A DNA stretch of 64,000 nucleotides from Craspedostauros australis (taxonomy: Eukaryota): the NCBI GenBank assembly GCA_030167865.1, contig JALAGF010003172.1, positions 1 to 64,000 on the forward strand. Reading direction: 5' to 3'. A program made the position numbers and the translations under genes. Shown piece by piece: positions 23,612-36,392 of this stretch; position 1 is the first letter of the stretch, and every line of letters begins with the position of its first letter. A model generated the notes under the pieces. That model ran no database searches, was not told the origin of the DNA, and saw only the letters and a list, made by a program, of their open reading frames with translations.

Positions 23612-25327
23612 ATGAAGTTGAGCGCCAGATTGCTGGTGTGGCTTGCCTTGGGCACGGTCATTGCGGCCGCCCAGCAGCAGGAAGAAGGTTCCTGTTCTGC
23701 CAATTCGCAGAATGCCGACGGCTCCTGTGCCGCGCCATCGTCCCAGCCAGTTCAGATTGGTGGCAATCCACCATCGAAGCCCGTGGCCATCGGCGGCGAT
23801 CCACCAAAAGTAGTACAGACAACGCAGACGCAAGAGACAGCGTCACAAGAAATCAAGTCGAATGATGACTGCACCGACCACAAACCCGATTGCTACGCCA
23901 AAGCCAAGCAGGTTGGCGCATGTCAGAATGAAGCCCTGCGTCAGGACTGCCCTCGCAGTTGCAAGGTCTGTCAACGCGAGTGCGTCGACGACAAGCCGGA
24001 ATGTTGGGGTTGGGCGCAGAATGGCGAATGCGAGACAAACCCAGCCTTCATGCTGCAGCATTGCTACAAGTCCTGTCTGTGCGAATCCGGCGAGTGCACC
24101 GACACGGCCGTGGAAGGCACAAGGCAATGTCGCATCTGGGCGTGGCATGGCGAATGGTGAGTTGGTTGATTCTTGCGCGTTGTGGGAAGTTGATATGTGC
24201 AGCTGATTCATGTAATGGCCGTTGGGACAGCATCGAATATTGAAGAATATGCAGTCGCTGTGTTGCCTCAAGATTCGGCCTCCTCAAACATCAAACATCA
24301 GCCGCCAACCATCAACCGTCAACTTCTCTCATCCCATTTCATTGTCATCCATCTTTTGTTCAACGCGCACGCGAACAATCACAACTTGACACGACGGCAG
24401 CGAGGACAATCCAGTCTTCATGAATCTCAACTGTGCCAAGAGCTGCGGCGCATGTCTGGACGTTCATGAGCCTGAGCCACCGTGCGAGGATGATGCAAAG
24501 TACAAATGCCAGCAGTGGTCCGAGACGGATGGATTGTGGTAAGTCAATGGTGCTTGCGCCTGCGTCTGCACTTCGGAGTTGAGGTGATCGCGTGCATCGT
24601 GTGTGGTTTCGATTACATTGCTACTGCAAAAATGCACATACATTGCACGATACAGCAACTGCGCAGATCTATGTAAGGCAGTTTGTCTGTCGTCACTCGA
24701 TCGCATCCGTTTCTCAACTATCCTGACTGAATGCATTCACGTACACATTCACTGATGACTTGCACGCCGCCACCACTCTTCCGCTCACATGGACAACCAT
24801 CACGCATCTCATCGTACTCGTGATACACCACATCGTTTTATATTCACAGTGATGGCGACTGGCGTGCTAAACACGGCAGCCAATCTCTGCACACCATCGA
24901 CGCGAACTTCGTCGTCGAATTCTGCCCCGTCAGCTGTGGCGTGTGCGACGTGCACCTGGATGAACGCGACTTCGATTTGGACATCGGAGTACCTCAGATC
25001 TTCCCTGACGACGAAGATCCCAAGATGGTGCGCAACCGCGTGCGACGCAAGGTCGTCACCATCCAACAGTATCTGCAGGGCCTGAAGCCAGAGGTTCAGA
25101 AGTACTGCAAACTCGGTTACGATATGTGCGCGCGGTTGGCGTTGTCGCAGGAATGCGACAAGCACAAGGACGAAGACGTCATCAAGTATGCTTGTGCAGC
25201 GGCGTGCGAGAAGTGTGAAGAATTCGAAGACGATGAGGATGGCCAAGGCATGATCTTGGCATGGTACCGTCGGGCGAGGCAGCAGTACTTTGAGAAACAC
25301 CAGCTGCCGGAGCCTCTCGATGATTAA
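23612..25327 (+). CDS. Secreted ShK-domain repeat protein, 3 exons: 23612-24156, 24401-24538, 24850-25327 (~386 aa)
   Basis: Signal peptide 'MKLSARLLVWLALGTVIAAA'. Repeats such as 'CVDDKPECWGWAQNGECETNPAFMLQHCYKSC'. Two phase-2 GT..AG introns restore the frame. Confidence 0.85.
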
Positions 25328-27848
25328 GGTGAGATGCACGTGTGCAATGGAATGTAATCAGACATACAAGTATGACATGTCACAATGATGCGGGGGGCAT
25401 TTCTCAATTGGAGAGTAACGGAGTGAGAAGTAGATTTGCTTGGTTTACAATTGCTCGGCGATCTTTTGTTGCGCTGAATCTCTAGATCCGATGTGTCGCT
25501 AGTTTCATCGTCTGTCCCACGATCGTGGAAACAACAACCACACGATCCCACAACCAGCGATTTTCCCGTCAAACGAAGCAAAGCACAACAGCGACAACCA
25601 CATCAACAGCATCAACGGAGCCAAGCGGAGACATTCGCTCTCACATGCACACTGTCCATCGTCTCTGCAAACTCCCAGGACGTCATCCGGTTTGGTGACA
25701 CAATTACAATGCACACACAGCCCACTTACACACGCTGACCCCAGCATGGACAGTGCATACCATCTACTCTGATTTAAGACGCAGTGGCAGTCCGGATCAT
25801 GAAGGAGCAAAGGAGTCCAACGACGCTGTGATGAACACGGATTGGCATTCAATACATACATCAGTCAGTGCGTCAGTTGTCGATGGTGAGTGCGAAAGGC
25901 CAAGGGAAGATGCCATGAAAGTCGGTGCTCCCAGGACGTATCACACCCCCATGCGTGCGCATACGCATGCACCATCGTTGCTGCTGCTGCTCCTTCCTTG
26001 TGATGATTAGAGAATTATTTTTGTCATCTCGAAGTGGATCCACTTGAGCCGCATCATTCGTGGTGGAGCTCGTGGGTTCATTTCATAGGGGATGATCCGA
26101 CGTTTGGGAATGTGCTTTGATGGTCCCGTCAGGGATCTCGGTACTTCCATGAGGAACTACAATAAGCGACCATACTCTCTGAGCAAGGCAAAAGGAAAAG
26201 CAGGCATACGAATTGCATTCGTGGTATGCACGTGCGTCATAAGCGCGTCTGCATGCGGCACAAGAGGCGTCACGCGATGGAGTAAAGTAGCATACCACAC
26301 TTACGAACTCGTTCCACCCCAGCATCCATCCCACTCACATCCATATCTTCCTTCACTTCATCCGCCAACTGTTTCATCCATTCATTCATTGACCAATCCA
26401 TTCCAATGGTTCCTGCTCATGCGGCTTCCAATACAATCCCAGCACTTCCAGATCATCTTGTGCCCCGTCCTCTGCTGTATTGTGTATCTGTCGCCAGTTC
26501 TCTTTCCCATTCGCAGAGGGCATGTTCATCCCTGCCAATACTCACTCATGCGTCTGCACGGTGTCACTGCGTCGGAAACATCCAAACATTGCACATTCGC
26601 CATGTGCGAGAGACAAGTATTATACCATCGTTCTTTCTATCTTCGTTTTGGCAACACAACTGGGGATGCTTTACGTATGAATGTTATGTGTGGTGCTATG
26701 TTGCTGTACTCGCTAGTGTGTGTGTGTGTCCTGCCCTCTCCTCTATGGTAAAGCAGGAGTAGCTGCTTTATGCCTCGATTCATGGAAGAATCCTCGCCTC
26801 TGGGTGCTTGTGTGGTGTAGGGGAGCGAGCCTGTGTCGACTCTCTCCGTCGTTCTTGTGCGTTGCTTAAATGTCTGCCCTCGCGCCATTTGATTGTAAAA
26901 ATGACATCGTCGCAACGTCTTGTGATGGGAGATGGTGATCGCCCGGTTGGTTTCCTGTGTGAAACTCTGTCGGGTGAGGGGCCTTTTTAGGTCGGCAACG
27001 AACACGTTCCGCTCATAATGCGCACTGAAGCGCAGTGGGGTGCGTCATGTTCTCCTGAGTGCCGAACCGACGGTGTGGTCATTTGTTTTTCGCCTTGTCC
27101 TTGTTCAATGTTTTTCCGTGGCCTCGCTTTGTCTTCCATTGTTGTGTGTCCATCCACTCTGGGGATGCATTGGAACCATTCGCATGCTCAACACACTGTG
27201 ATGCGATGTGTGTTGTTGTGGTGGATGGGGCACGTGCGCATGCTCCGTAGCAATGTGACCTTTCTCGCCCTTGCTCTTGCTGCCATGGTTGCGCCCTGGT
27301 TCTGTGTGTTTGTGGTTGTCGATGATGGTTATGGTGCGGATGCGCTCGTGATGTTGGCGGAGCTGTTGCTTCTGATGAAGCACGTTGATGTGCGGATCAT
27401 GGGTGAGTATCTCGCCGGCCAATCAATGGATGGAGTGCTGCTGTTCCTTCTCCAGAGTGAGTGTATTGGAACAGATCATGCTCATGGCGATGCTCCGTAT
27501 CGACTGTCCTCGTGCGTGCCATGCCATGTCATTCAATGTGGCTGGCCCATCATCGGTTGAGGCAAGTCTTCCAGTATCCCCCCCCTCTTGAGTTGGAACT
27601 TCTCTGTTTGAGTTTCGCACCGCTGTTGTCGCTGCTGCCGCTGACGTTGTTGTTGAAGGAGCAGCGTCGCAGTCGAACCGTGTTCCTGCGTGGAATGGAC
27701 AGGGACTGCCAGGGAGCGTTTGGACATCTGCTGCTGCTGCCGATCCATGATGATGATGAAACGTTCCAATTCATTACTTGTTCGCTCCTGGTTGTATCAT
27801 GCGAAAGCCATGATGCCGTCTCCCGTACCGCTTGTAACGTTGAGGAGA

Positions 27849-28877
27849 CTAGGTGCGCCCCGCAGCGCCATCGTTGACACTGTAATCCTCCTCCATGATG
27901 GGAATGACGTTGGGCCCGGATGAGTCCTTCGTCGTCGTGTGCTCCGCGCTCTGCCGATACAACGATCGCAGCCTTGCCACGGCGCTCTCGAGCACCTTGA
28001 CGCAGGAACTGTTCTGCGCGATGTATCCGTTCAACTCCGCCGCGACGCGCGCTTGCAGGGCATCCTGTCGCGATTGCGATCGTATGCTCTGTTCGATGGC
28101 CTGCATGACGGCGATGCCGCCGAGACACGAGGGAGGCCACGCCAGGAAGTAGGTGTCGAAGGACTCCAGCTCGGTGAGGTACATCGCGCATTCGAGGATG
28201 TTGACGAGCTCCGTCATGTCGAGGTCCGGCTGGAGCATGGTGAGCAGGGATCGCACGAAATGCGTGGGCGTGAGGATGCGGTGCTCCCACGACATGCTCT
28301 GCAGCATGAGCTTGCCGGTCGACAGCACGTCCTGGACGGTGACGTCGCCGGCGCCCGTGAGCTGCAGCAGCCTTGGCAGGTCCACGTTCTGCTTGCCGAC
28401 CAACCGGATCGTGAGGAAGAGCGCCGAGATGGACGTCCGCTTGTACCTCCACTGGTCGAGATGATCTCCGCATTGCGTGACGGCGAGGTACTTGTCGAGG
28501 ATGTTGATGGCCACGTACACCACGTCCCTGCGTTCTCCGAGGTGGTCCACGAGGTCGTAGAACCATTGCACGACCTTCTCTCGCCAGATGGAGTTCTGGA
28601 AGGCGCCCGGCTGCGTCGTCTTGAGCGCTGTCCATTCGGCGGTGCGGAGGCCGGCCTCTTCGGTTTGCATCAGAGTCTGGAGTGATGGTGTTGGTAGAGA
28701 TGCCGTTGATGATGCCGTTGATGATGCAGATGCGGATGGGGGTGGTGCCAGCGAGGAAGATGCTGCGCCGCTGCCTGCATCAGCTGATGCCGTTCGTGAT
28801 GGGGAGATGCTGCTGCTGTGTCCATGGTTGCTGGTGGCAGCAGAAGCCGCGCTTGGGCCGGAACCTCGCAATGCCAT
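27849..28877 (-). CDS. Cyclin (diatom-specific cyclin type), 342 aa
   Basis: Cyclin box 'WREKVVQWFYDLVDHLGERRDVVYVAINILDKYL', 'SALFLTIRL', 'LTPTHFV', 'YLTELESFD..WPPSCLG'. Confidence 0.88.
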   Translation of the reverse strand: MALRGSGPSAASAATSNHGHSSSISPSRTASADAGSGAASSSLAPPPSASASSTASSTASLPTPSLQTLMQTEEAGLRTAEWTALKTTQPGAFQNSIWREKVVQWFYDLVDHLGERRDVVYVAINILDKYLAVTQCGDHLDQWRYKRTSISALFLTIRLVGKQNVDLPRLLQLTGAGDVTVQDVLSTGKLMLQSMSWEHRILTPTHFVRSLLTMLQPDLDMTELVNILECAMYLTELESFDTYFLAWPPSCLGGIAVMQAIEQSIRSQSRQDALQARVAAELNGYIAQNSSCVKVLESAVARLRSLYRQSAEHTTTKDSSGPNVIPIMEEDYSVNDGAAGRT

Positions 28878-30960
28878 TGTCGATTCTGTGATATGATGGG
28901 TTTGCTGTGATGTGTGATGGGTTTTGCTGTGATGTGCGTGGTGCGCTGCGATGTGTCTTGTGTATGAGTGCTGAACGATTCTGCTCTATGAGTCTTTTTA
29001 TGAGTACTGAACGATGCAGAGTGCTTTTCTTGTCTGTTCCCCTCTGCGCTCGTTGACAGACACACACACAAAGAGAGAGAGAGAAAGAGGTCGTCCCTTC
29101 TTCTGCTCTCGTTTTGACGCTGTTTTTGCGGAGTTTATCGAAAAGCGCGGGAGTGAGCGACGTCAATGAGGACGGATTGGAGCAATAAGGATGGATTGCA
29201 CCGAAGCGAAGATAGTTTGCGGTTTGGTTGCGGAATCCACCTTTCGGTCGCGCGCTTGCTCTTGTGTTTGCTGCGCAGTCCAGTCTCCCCGATACAGTCA
29301 ATGCTCCACAACTGATCTGATGCGGGTGTTGTTTTCGTGGTCGTTCGGTTGCGCCTTCGCTTGATGGCTCTTCCGACCTGCGATGGTGTTTGTGAAGGTG
29401 TTTGCGAAGGTGCTTGCGATGGTCTTGGAAGGGGTGCGGTTGTTTGTTGGGGACACGAACCAAGTCGACGAGCGTGTTTGCTTGCCAACGATGTCGATGA
29501 TGTCAACGATGATGAGAACGATAAGGATGATGGTCAGCAACAACACCAACAATGATGATGTGTTGATGTGATGATGTGTTGAGGGGAGAGGTTGTTTGAG
29601 AGGAACGAGCAGCAAAACTTCACGAACAGAGACAGCAGATTTTATTGTGCGCTTCGTTCTTGCTCGTGTGCAAGAGAAAGCGACAGCAGCGACAATCAAC
29701 ACGAGAACCGACGAACGACAATTGCCGCAGTGATGGCGCACCGTCAAAACGCTCGCATTCCTCACCCTTTCTCTCCTTTTTGCCTTTCGTGCCTTCGTTG
29801 TCGTGATTCTTGGCGGGCGCAGAAATCCACACAAACCACCGACCTCAACCAAGAGCAAAGAGAAAAAGATCAACAACCACCTCGCACTCCACGCAAGCAA
29901 CACACACACAAACGAGAACGAAGGTGTCAAAACTCCAGATGTCAGTCCACTCCAGAACGGTCGGCACAGCCGCAAATGCCGTGACAAGGATCCACAATCC
30001 GTCTTCTAAACACGTTTTGGAATCAACAGAACACAATCTCCACATAACGACACAGTGATGACAGCGAATGCGTCATCCCCTACAACTGTACCCGTCCAAC
30101 AGTCGCTGGCAGCAGAGTGCGCAGGTGCGTCATTCTGATCGGTGCTTACATAGTGCGCCCACGTGGTTGCGGTACTCAGGGGTACCGAACGAACCGAAAT
30201 CATTCGCAAGGCAAGCAAGATGTCACGTTTGCGTCACGGCAGTCGACAGATGCGATTTCAGTCCCTTCGGCAAGCTGCCGATTCTGCGAGACGAACAATT
30301 CGCAAAGTATCACCAGCTGATTTGAGGCATGTGGTCGCCGTGTGGCACCAACGGCACTCGCCGTGGCACCCCTTGCAGCTGCACCTTGTTCAGCACAGGT
30401 GAGTCGTCAGGACAAAATGAAATGACACTCTTGCTTGACAGTGCACACATGTTCTGTTCGTCTCCATCCTTCCATTCCATCGGAGCGCGGTTTGGATTCC
30501 TGTTCTGCTCTCCTTCGGGGCAGATGAGCAACACGCTGCGGCGATGGGAAGAGTGGATTGGATGTATGCCGCTCGAGTCTGGAGCGCGAATGCTGCTACC
30601 ATACTCGACGAACATGCAGGTTGAGCGCACGTTCCTGTATTTGTAACTCGTCGGCAGTGTGTGTCCACTTCTCGTTCATGCCACTGCTTCTGTTGTTGCC
30701 ACTAGATGCAATGGCATGCACCATTACGCGGCCTCAAGTTGCTTACGTGGTATACTATGTACTATATGAGTATGCAGGTGCACTGCCCTTCACAACGTGT
30801 CTCATTCATTATCTACTTACTCCACCTCTACGAGGACGTTCCATCGATCCAAACTTTTCCAACACCTTCACCGCCATCCTCCAGATACCAGACGGCAGGA
30901 GCCATGCGTCCCTTCAACGATGATTACTCTTCACAACTCCCTCTCTCTCTCTCTCTCTCG

Positions 30961-32166
30961 CTAGTCAGCGAAGTGAAGTGCCTCAATGGGCTCATCCTCC
31001 AGCGTTCCATCGAGCGTGCTAAAACCCTTGAGGATGTACTCCTTCCCGCCAAGCGCTTCCTCCAGCTTGCCCCACTCGTTATCCTTCAGCGGATGCATGC
31101 GCTGCTTCATCTTCTTGCTCATGAACATGCCCATGAACTTCATGAACATGTCCATCCACGTGGGCGTGTGCAGCATGTACATCTCCGTCATCTTCACCGG
31201 CAGCACGCCGATCGTCAAGCGATCCAGCTTCGTGCCCAACTTGGGCGGCACCAACGTGAACGTCTGAAGAAACCCGATCTTGTTCACATCCTCGCAGAAC
31301 ACCATGCCGTGCTCCTGCGCGTTGGGATGGTACATGATGGCATGCGCGAACCAAACAAAGGCGCGCGTGTGTTGCGTCACGCTGAACTTGTGCTTGATGG
31401 CATCCAGATCGATCTTGCTAAAGTCGAACCACCACACGAATTGGCCCGTCTTGCTGATGGAGGAGCGCATGCCCCAGGCCTTGTTGCAGTCGCGGACGCT
31501 GTCGGCCGTCAACGGTGGCTTCGAGATCTCGTCGCCGCCGCTGTCCTTCATCCAGTTGGCGTACGATTCGAGGCGGCGGAAGGCCTTGGAGATGTTGTAT
31601 TTGAACTTGGTGTTGTCGTTGTTGGTAGTGGTGGTGGCATCGTTGGTGGCATCGTTGGTACCTTGCTCTGTCTGCTTGCTCTCTTTCTTCTTCTTGTCGT
31701 TGTCATTGAGATCGCCCTCCGCAGCACGAGACCACATGACGAATGCGGTGTAGAGATCATCCTTCGTCTTGCCAAACTGTTCATGCGGCGACGTATCGAA
31801 GTTCCACTTCTCACGCTTGGCGGCCTTCACCTTGGGGTTCGTGCGTGCTTCTTCCACCCATCTGGCCATGAGCACCGTTCCGTCCTCCTTGTCGTCGACC
31901 CACTTGTCGCCCTTCTTGTCCGATCCGTCGGGATTGGAGAAGGTCTGGATGGACTCCTTGATGACGTTGGTCCCGTCGGAGTGCTTGCGCATCACGGACA
32001 CCATGCCGTTGATCGTGGATGGATCCTCATCTGCACTACTCGTGGCTGTTGTGGAGGATGCAGCGGTGGAGGCGTCGGCGGTGCTGCTCATGGTTGAGTC
32101 GGCCTTCATGATGGCCTTGTCGATCTCACCGTCGGTGACTTCAAACTTACTGGTCGTTGCGGACAT
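30961..32166 (-). CDS. CRAL-TRIO (Sec14-like) lipid-binding protein, 401 aa
   Basis: 'NISKAFRRLESYANW', 'AQEHGMVFCED', 'LPVKMTEMYMLHTPTWMDMFMKFMGMFMSKKMKQRM'. Confidence 0.8.
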   Translation of the reverse strand: MSATTSKFEVTDGEIDKAIMKADSTMSSTADASTAASSTTATSSADEDPSTINGMVSVMRKHSDGTNVIKESIQTFSNPDGSDKKGDKWVDDKEDGTVLMARWVEEARTNPKVKAAKREKWNFDTSPHEQFGKTKDDLYTAFVMWSRAAEGDLNDNDKKKKESKQTEQGTNDATNDATTTTNNDNTKFKYNISKAFRRLESYANWMKDSGGDEISKPPLTADSVRDCNKAWGMRSSISKTGQFVWWFDFSKIDLDAIKHKFSVTQHTRAFVWFAHAIMYHPNAQEHGMVFCEDVNKIGFLQTFTLVPPKLGTKLDRLTIGVLPVKMTEMYMLHTPTWMDMFMKFMGMFMSKKMKQRMHPLKDNEWGKLEEALGGKEYILKGFSTLDGTLEDEPIEALHFAD

Positions 32167-32916
32167 GGTTGGATTCTACTCTCTCTCTCTCTCTCTCTCT
32201 TCAGTGACTATTGTTGAGTGTTTTTTTGCGCTTTATTGTGATCAGTGCTTGTCGTCACAGGGGATGGCGGTGGATGCATCTGGAGAGAATAGTATTGGCA
32301 GTGCGATGCATAGGTGGTGTCTTCTCTCGTTGCCGTTGGATCCGTCAGAGAGAGAGGATGAGCGCACTCCCACCACCCACATACCAAAGATCCTCTCGTC
32401 ATTGTGGCATTTCAATCTTGTTTCTCCTCCCGATCTTCGTCCTGAGTGTTCCTCCACGTCTCGGATTTCGCGCCGCGAAACCGCAGGAACAACGACGAAG
32501 AATTCTGATTCGTTGATTTGGGAAACTATCCAAGCGCTAATTCTGAATCGGATGTATCAATCGGGCCCTGCAAATGATTCGACATGAGTTTCAACTAGAG
32601 ACTATATATGTACTTTGGAGAACAATACCCCACAAGTGCTATTTGTGGTGGTTGGCAACAACACAGGTGGTTCGGACGCAACTCGGATGTTCGTACCATC
32701 AGCACGACACAAGAAAACACACCCACAAACACAGCGAGAAATCGTGGATGAGTTGCAAAAAAGCGCTCATCTTCGCACACAAACAGCTCCACAACTGACG
32801 ATACTCTCAGGGTTTTGTGGAACGGCACCCTTGATGGACTGCGAGCCAGCGCACATCAAACACAAAGCGATACTCGTGGAGCATCTTATGATCTGAACCC
32901 CTTTGGAAACCCCACC

Positions 32917-35900
32917 ATGTCTTCGAAGCGAGACGACGAGGAAGACGACGTGAGGCACCTCGACATACCAAGGAAGAGGATGAAGCTCAGCAGCAGTGTC
33001 GGCGGTAGCGACCACACACAAACAGGGCCCCCTGTTGGTGGTTCTGTTGCTGCTGGTTCTGGCGGAAACAGTCGTGATTGTGACAGGGGCTGCTCAGAAA
33101 ATTCAAAAAGAGAACCACCCACACCATCAACGCCATCCACTTCTGTGGTCTCCACGACATCGACAGGAAGCGACCATGCTACCACCATCCAGGATGGCTC
33201 CAGTTCATCCCAGAGACACCAAGAGCATCGCCACAAGCATGGAAATGCGCATGCAAATGTGGATGCAACCACAACTGCGACTACAACCGCGACTACAACT
33301 GAAACTACAACTACAACTACAACTTCGTCTGCATCCAATCACTCAAAGACAGCACCAACGAAGGCAATAGCAACGCAGGCAGTAGCAACATCGATGAAGA
33401 AGCCAGCACCGCCATCTTCAGCCGGTGGGTCAATACAGCAACGAAACCACAATCGCAAACATACTCGTACTCAGAAAGATAATCACAACCACAACCACAA
33501 CCACACCCAAGATGGGAATGGAAATGAAACGGAGCACACGAAAGCAGGCAGCAAGGAGACCACAAACAGTCCGTGTGTTGCCACTGCTTCGACACTGACG
33601 TCAGCGTCAGCGTCACCTTCAACATCACCTTCGGCAGACCACCACAGACGGAAGCAGCCGATGCCAACGCGGCGCATCGCACCTTCCCTCGATGCCTACC
33701 TGCGCAACGGGGCCTACCTCATCTTCCAGCCTCGCCCGGAGTGGTTTACAACCGACATCACCACCTACATGACCCCGCCGACCAAAATCAAGACGGTGAG
33801 GCTTGCAGCGATCGACGAACGGTACATCGTGGACAGCTCGTCATCATCCGCGGATGATGGCAACAAGAAGACCGCAGCGCGCGATGACCAGGGATACAAG
33901 AACAGCAGCAGCGGCGGTGACACGGAGGAGATGAACGGCGCATCATCGTCCACGACCGCTGCAGCATCCCTGTTGATACCCGAATCGGCCTCGTCGTTGT
34001 CATCATCATCCTCGTCGGATGGGGCGAGAGATGGGAAGTCCGGCGACCAAGACCACGGCAAGGACCAAGGCAATGCCACGGCTCGCAACAGCAGCGGTGC
34101 CAATGCAGTCAGCCGACCGTGCGTGCCCGTCAAGTCGCGATTTGGAAAGGACAACGACACTGCCCTGCATGTCGCCATCCGCAAGAAGGCCACCAACGCA
34201 GCCATCGCCCTGCTGGAGCACGGCATCGACGCCAACGTGCGCAACCGCAAGCACGTCACGCCGCTCATACTGGCGTCCCAAGAAGGCGACCTGCGCATCG
34301 TCGAATGGCTGCTCAATGCCCGTGCACCTGTTGACGTCGGTTCCACTTCGCATACGGGTGCCTCGGCCGTGCTGCAGGCGGCTCACTTTGGTCATCTCAA
34401 GGTCCTCAAGGCCATCTTGGAACACCAGATGCAACAACGGCAGGCATCACCGCTGCACTCCTCCTCAATGCATCCGGCGGCGTTTGCTGGATCTAGCCAC
34501 AGCACGGCAAGTCACAGCACGGCAAGTCACAGCAATTCGCGTCGCCTCATCGAGGTGGCCAACCACAGCAACACGACGCCCTTGATGCGCGCAAGCCAAG
34601 AGGGCCACCTGGCGGTCGTCAAGTACCTGCTTTGCATCGGCGCCCTTCCGAATCGTCGCAACAACTCCAGCATGACCGCCCTCATGCTTGCGGCCCAGCG
34701 CAATCACGGCGAGGTCTGCCAGATCTTGATCGATCACGGGGCCGAAGTCGATGCTGTCAGCACGACGCAATCCACCCCGCTGATCCTGGCATCGAAACGA
34801 GGACAATTGGCCGCCGTCAAGGTCCTCGTGGGATCCGGCGCGGAGCTGTGCCAACAGAATGATCAAGGCAAGACTCCGCTGCAGATCGCCATGAAGCACG
34901 GGCGCTGGCATCTCATCCCCTTCCTCAAAACCCAGATGCAAATCAACCTCATGCGCAAACGAAGGCGCAAGCGTGTCGTTTGGGAGATCGTGCGTCTCTA
35001 CACCCTCTTTCAGCAACGCAGAGTCAGTATTCGTCAGAATCTGTACTGGCAGTACCATTGTCGAGATGTTGGTGACGAGCATGAGCAGCAAGAGGATGCG
35101 TCACCGCAGATGCAATTGGAGGAGCATGCGGATGGCATCGAACGTGGCCAGCACCGACAAGGGCAGCGGCATCCGCCAAGGCCGATGCATCTGTCATTAG
35201 ATCGGCAACGGCCAAACGGCAAACAACAACAAATGATGCAGCAATGCATCGTGTCGGCGCCATCGACATGGAATTCGCTGATGTCCCAGATCATGATCCT
35301 CCCAGCAAGTCTCGTCGAGACCATCTGCGATTACATTCCGTTGCCGCCCGTGTGGGATGTTTTGATCGGGCTCTACACGCATCGATCCCTCAAGAATGCC
35401 AACATCGCCGTGCTGTCTGGTTTGGATCTGCTCGACGATATCTTGGAGGAAGGCGGATTCTGTGATGCCTGCGATGCGGCGCAGCTGGAACCGCCCACGG
35501 CTCCATTTCAAAGCTGGGTAAGTGCACGATCAACTTACGGTTGCGAGAGCAGTGTTGCGAACGATTGGGACGCACGGCATGGGAGAGCGATGGAGATGCT
35601 CATTACGAACTTCCAGGCTCACATTTCTTGATTGTGTCTACTCATCATTCTCTCTCTTTCTATGGTGTGATATGATTTTGAATACACTATTTGTTTACTG
35701 GATGCTGGCGGTGACAAATACGACAACAGGCGGAGTGGAAGGCATGGATGCGCTGCAATTGCGTACTGGCATCGACGGCATCCCCGGGGGCTGCGAGGAG
35801 AGACAATGCACAAGCGCAACGACCAGCTCCTGCACAAGCTCAGCAAGATCAGAGCGGGGACGATAGTGACGATGATGACGACCTGATTCTCCCCCGGCAG

Positions 35901-36392
35901 TTTATGAATGCCCCCGTGCAGCACCATGATCATGCAGACGATGGCATGGATGATGCGAACAATGATGATGGCATGGGAGAAGGGGTAAGGCCGAGAGCTG
36001 CGCTGCCAGGCCTGGATCAGCAGCCACAGCATGAGCAACGGCGGCGCACGAACATCACGCACGCCACCATTCCACCACCGCGCAATCCATCGAAGCCGAC
36101 CATCTGCGAGATTCGGCATCAGGCACAGTACTTGCAACGCCTCGCCTGTTCGCCGAAATTGCAGGAGATCCTCCAGCAGCCACCGTATCGCATGCCGCGC
36201 GAGATCGTGCAGCAACTGGTGAACATTGCGGACCTGCAGTCGTTGTTCCGTCGCATGGTGGTGCCGCGGATGTCGCTCATGATGCATCCCAACATCAAAG
36301 TCGATTCCCCCGTCAGCGTGGACATCGTCATGCTCTGCTCGCGGATGCTGTCATGGTACAGCCGTGAGCGGGAGCACGATCATGGCTTTTGA
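32917..36392 (+). CDS. Ankyrin-repeat protein with long low-complexity N-terminus, 2 exons: 32917-35517, 35730-36392 (~1087 aa)
   Basis: Ankyrin repeats 'DTALHVAIRK', 'TPLILASQEG', 'SAVLQAAHFG', 'TPLMRASQEG', 'TALMLAAQRN', 'TPLILASKRG', 'TPLQIAMKHG'. Phase-0 intron GTAAGT(35518)..CAG(35729). Confidence 0.88.

Noticed and set aside
25400-27800. 2.4-kb gap with 180-220-aa ORFs
   Set aside because: Translations are low-complexity or random-like, and no consistent splice model was found.
30390-30405. Strong splice-donor-like AG|GTGAGT in the cyclin/CRAL-TRIO intergenic region
   Set aside because: No credible coding exon upstream or downstream. A non-coding transcript cannot be shown from sequence alone.
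30706-32097. 463-aa plus-strand ORF, and similar long ORFs at 2759-3463, 39835-40569, 44267-45037 and 50908-52200
   Set aside because: Antisense shadows of well-supported genes. GC3-biased codon usage removes stops on the opposite strand, and they carry no motifs.
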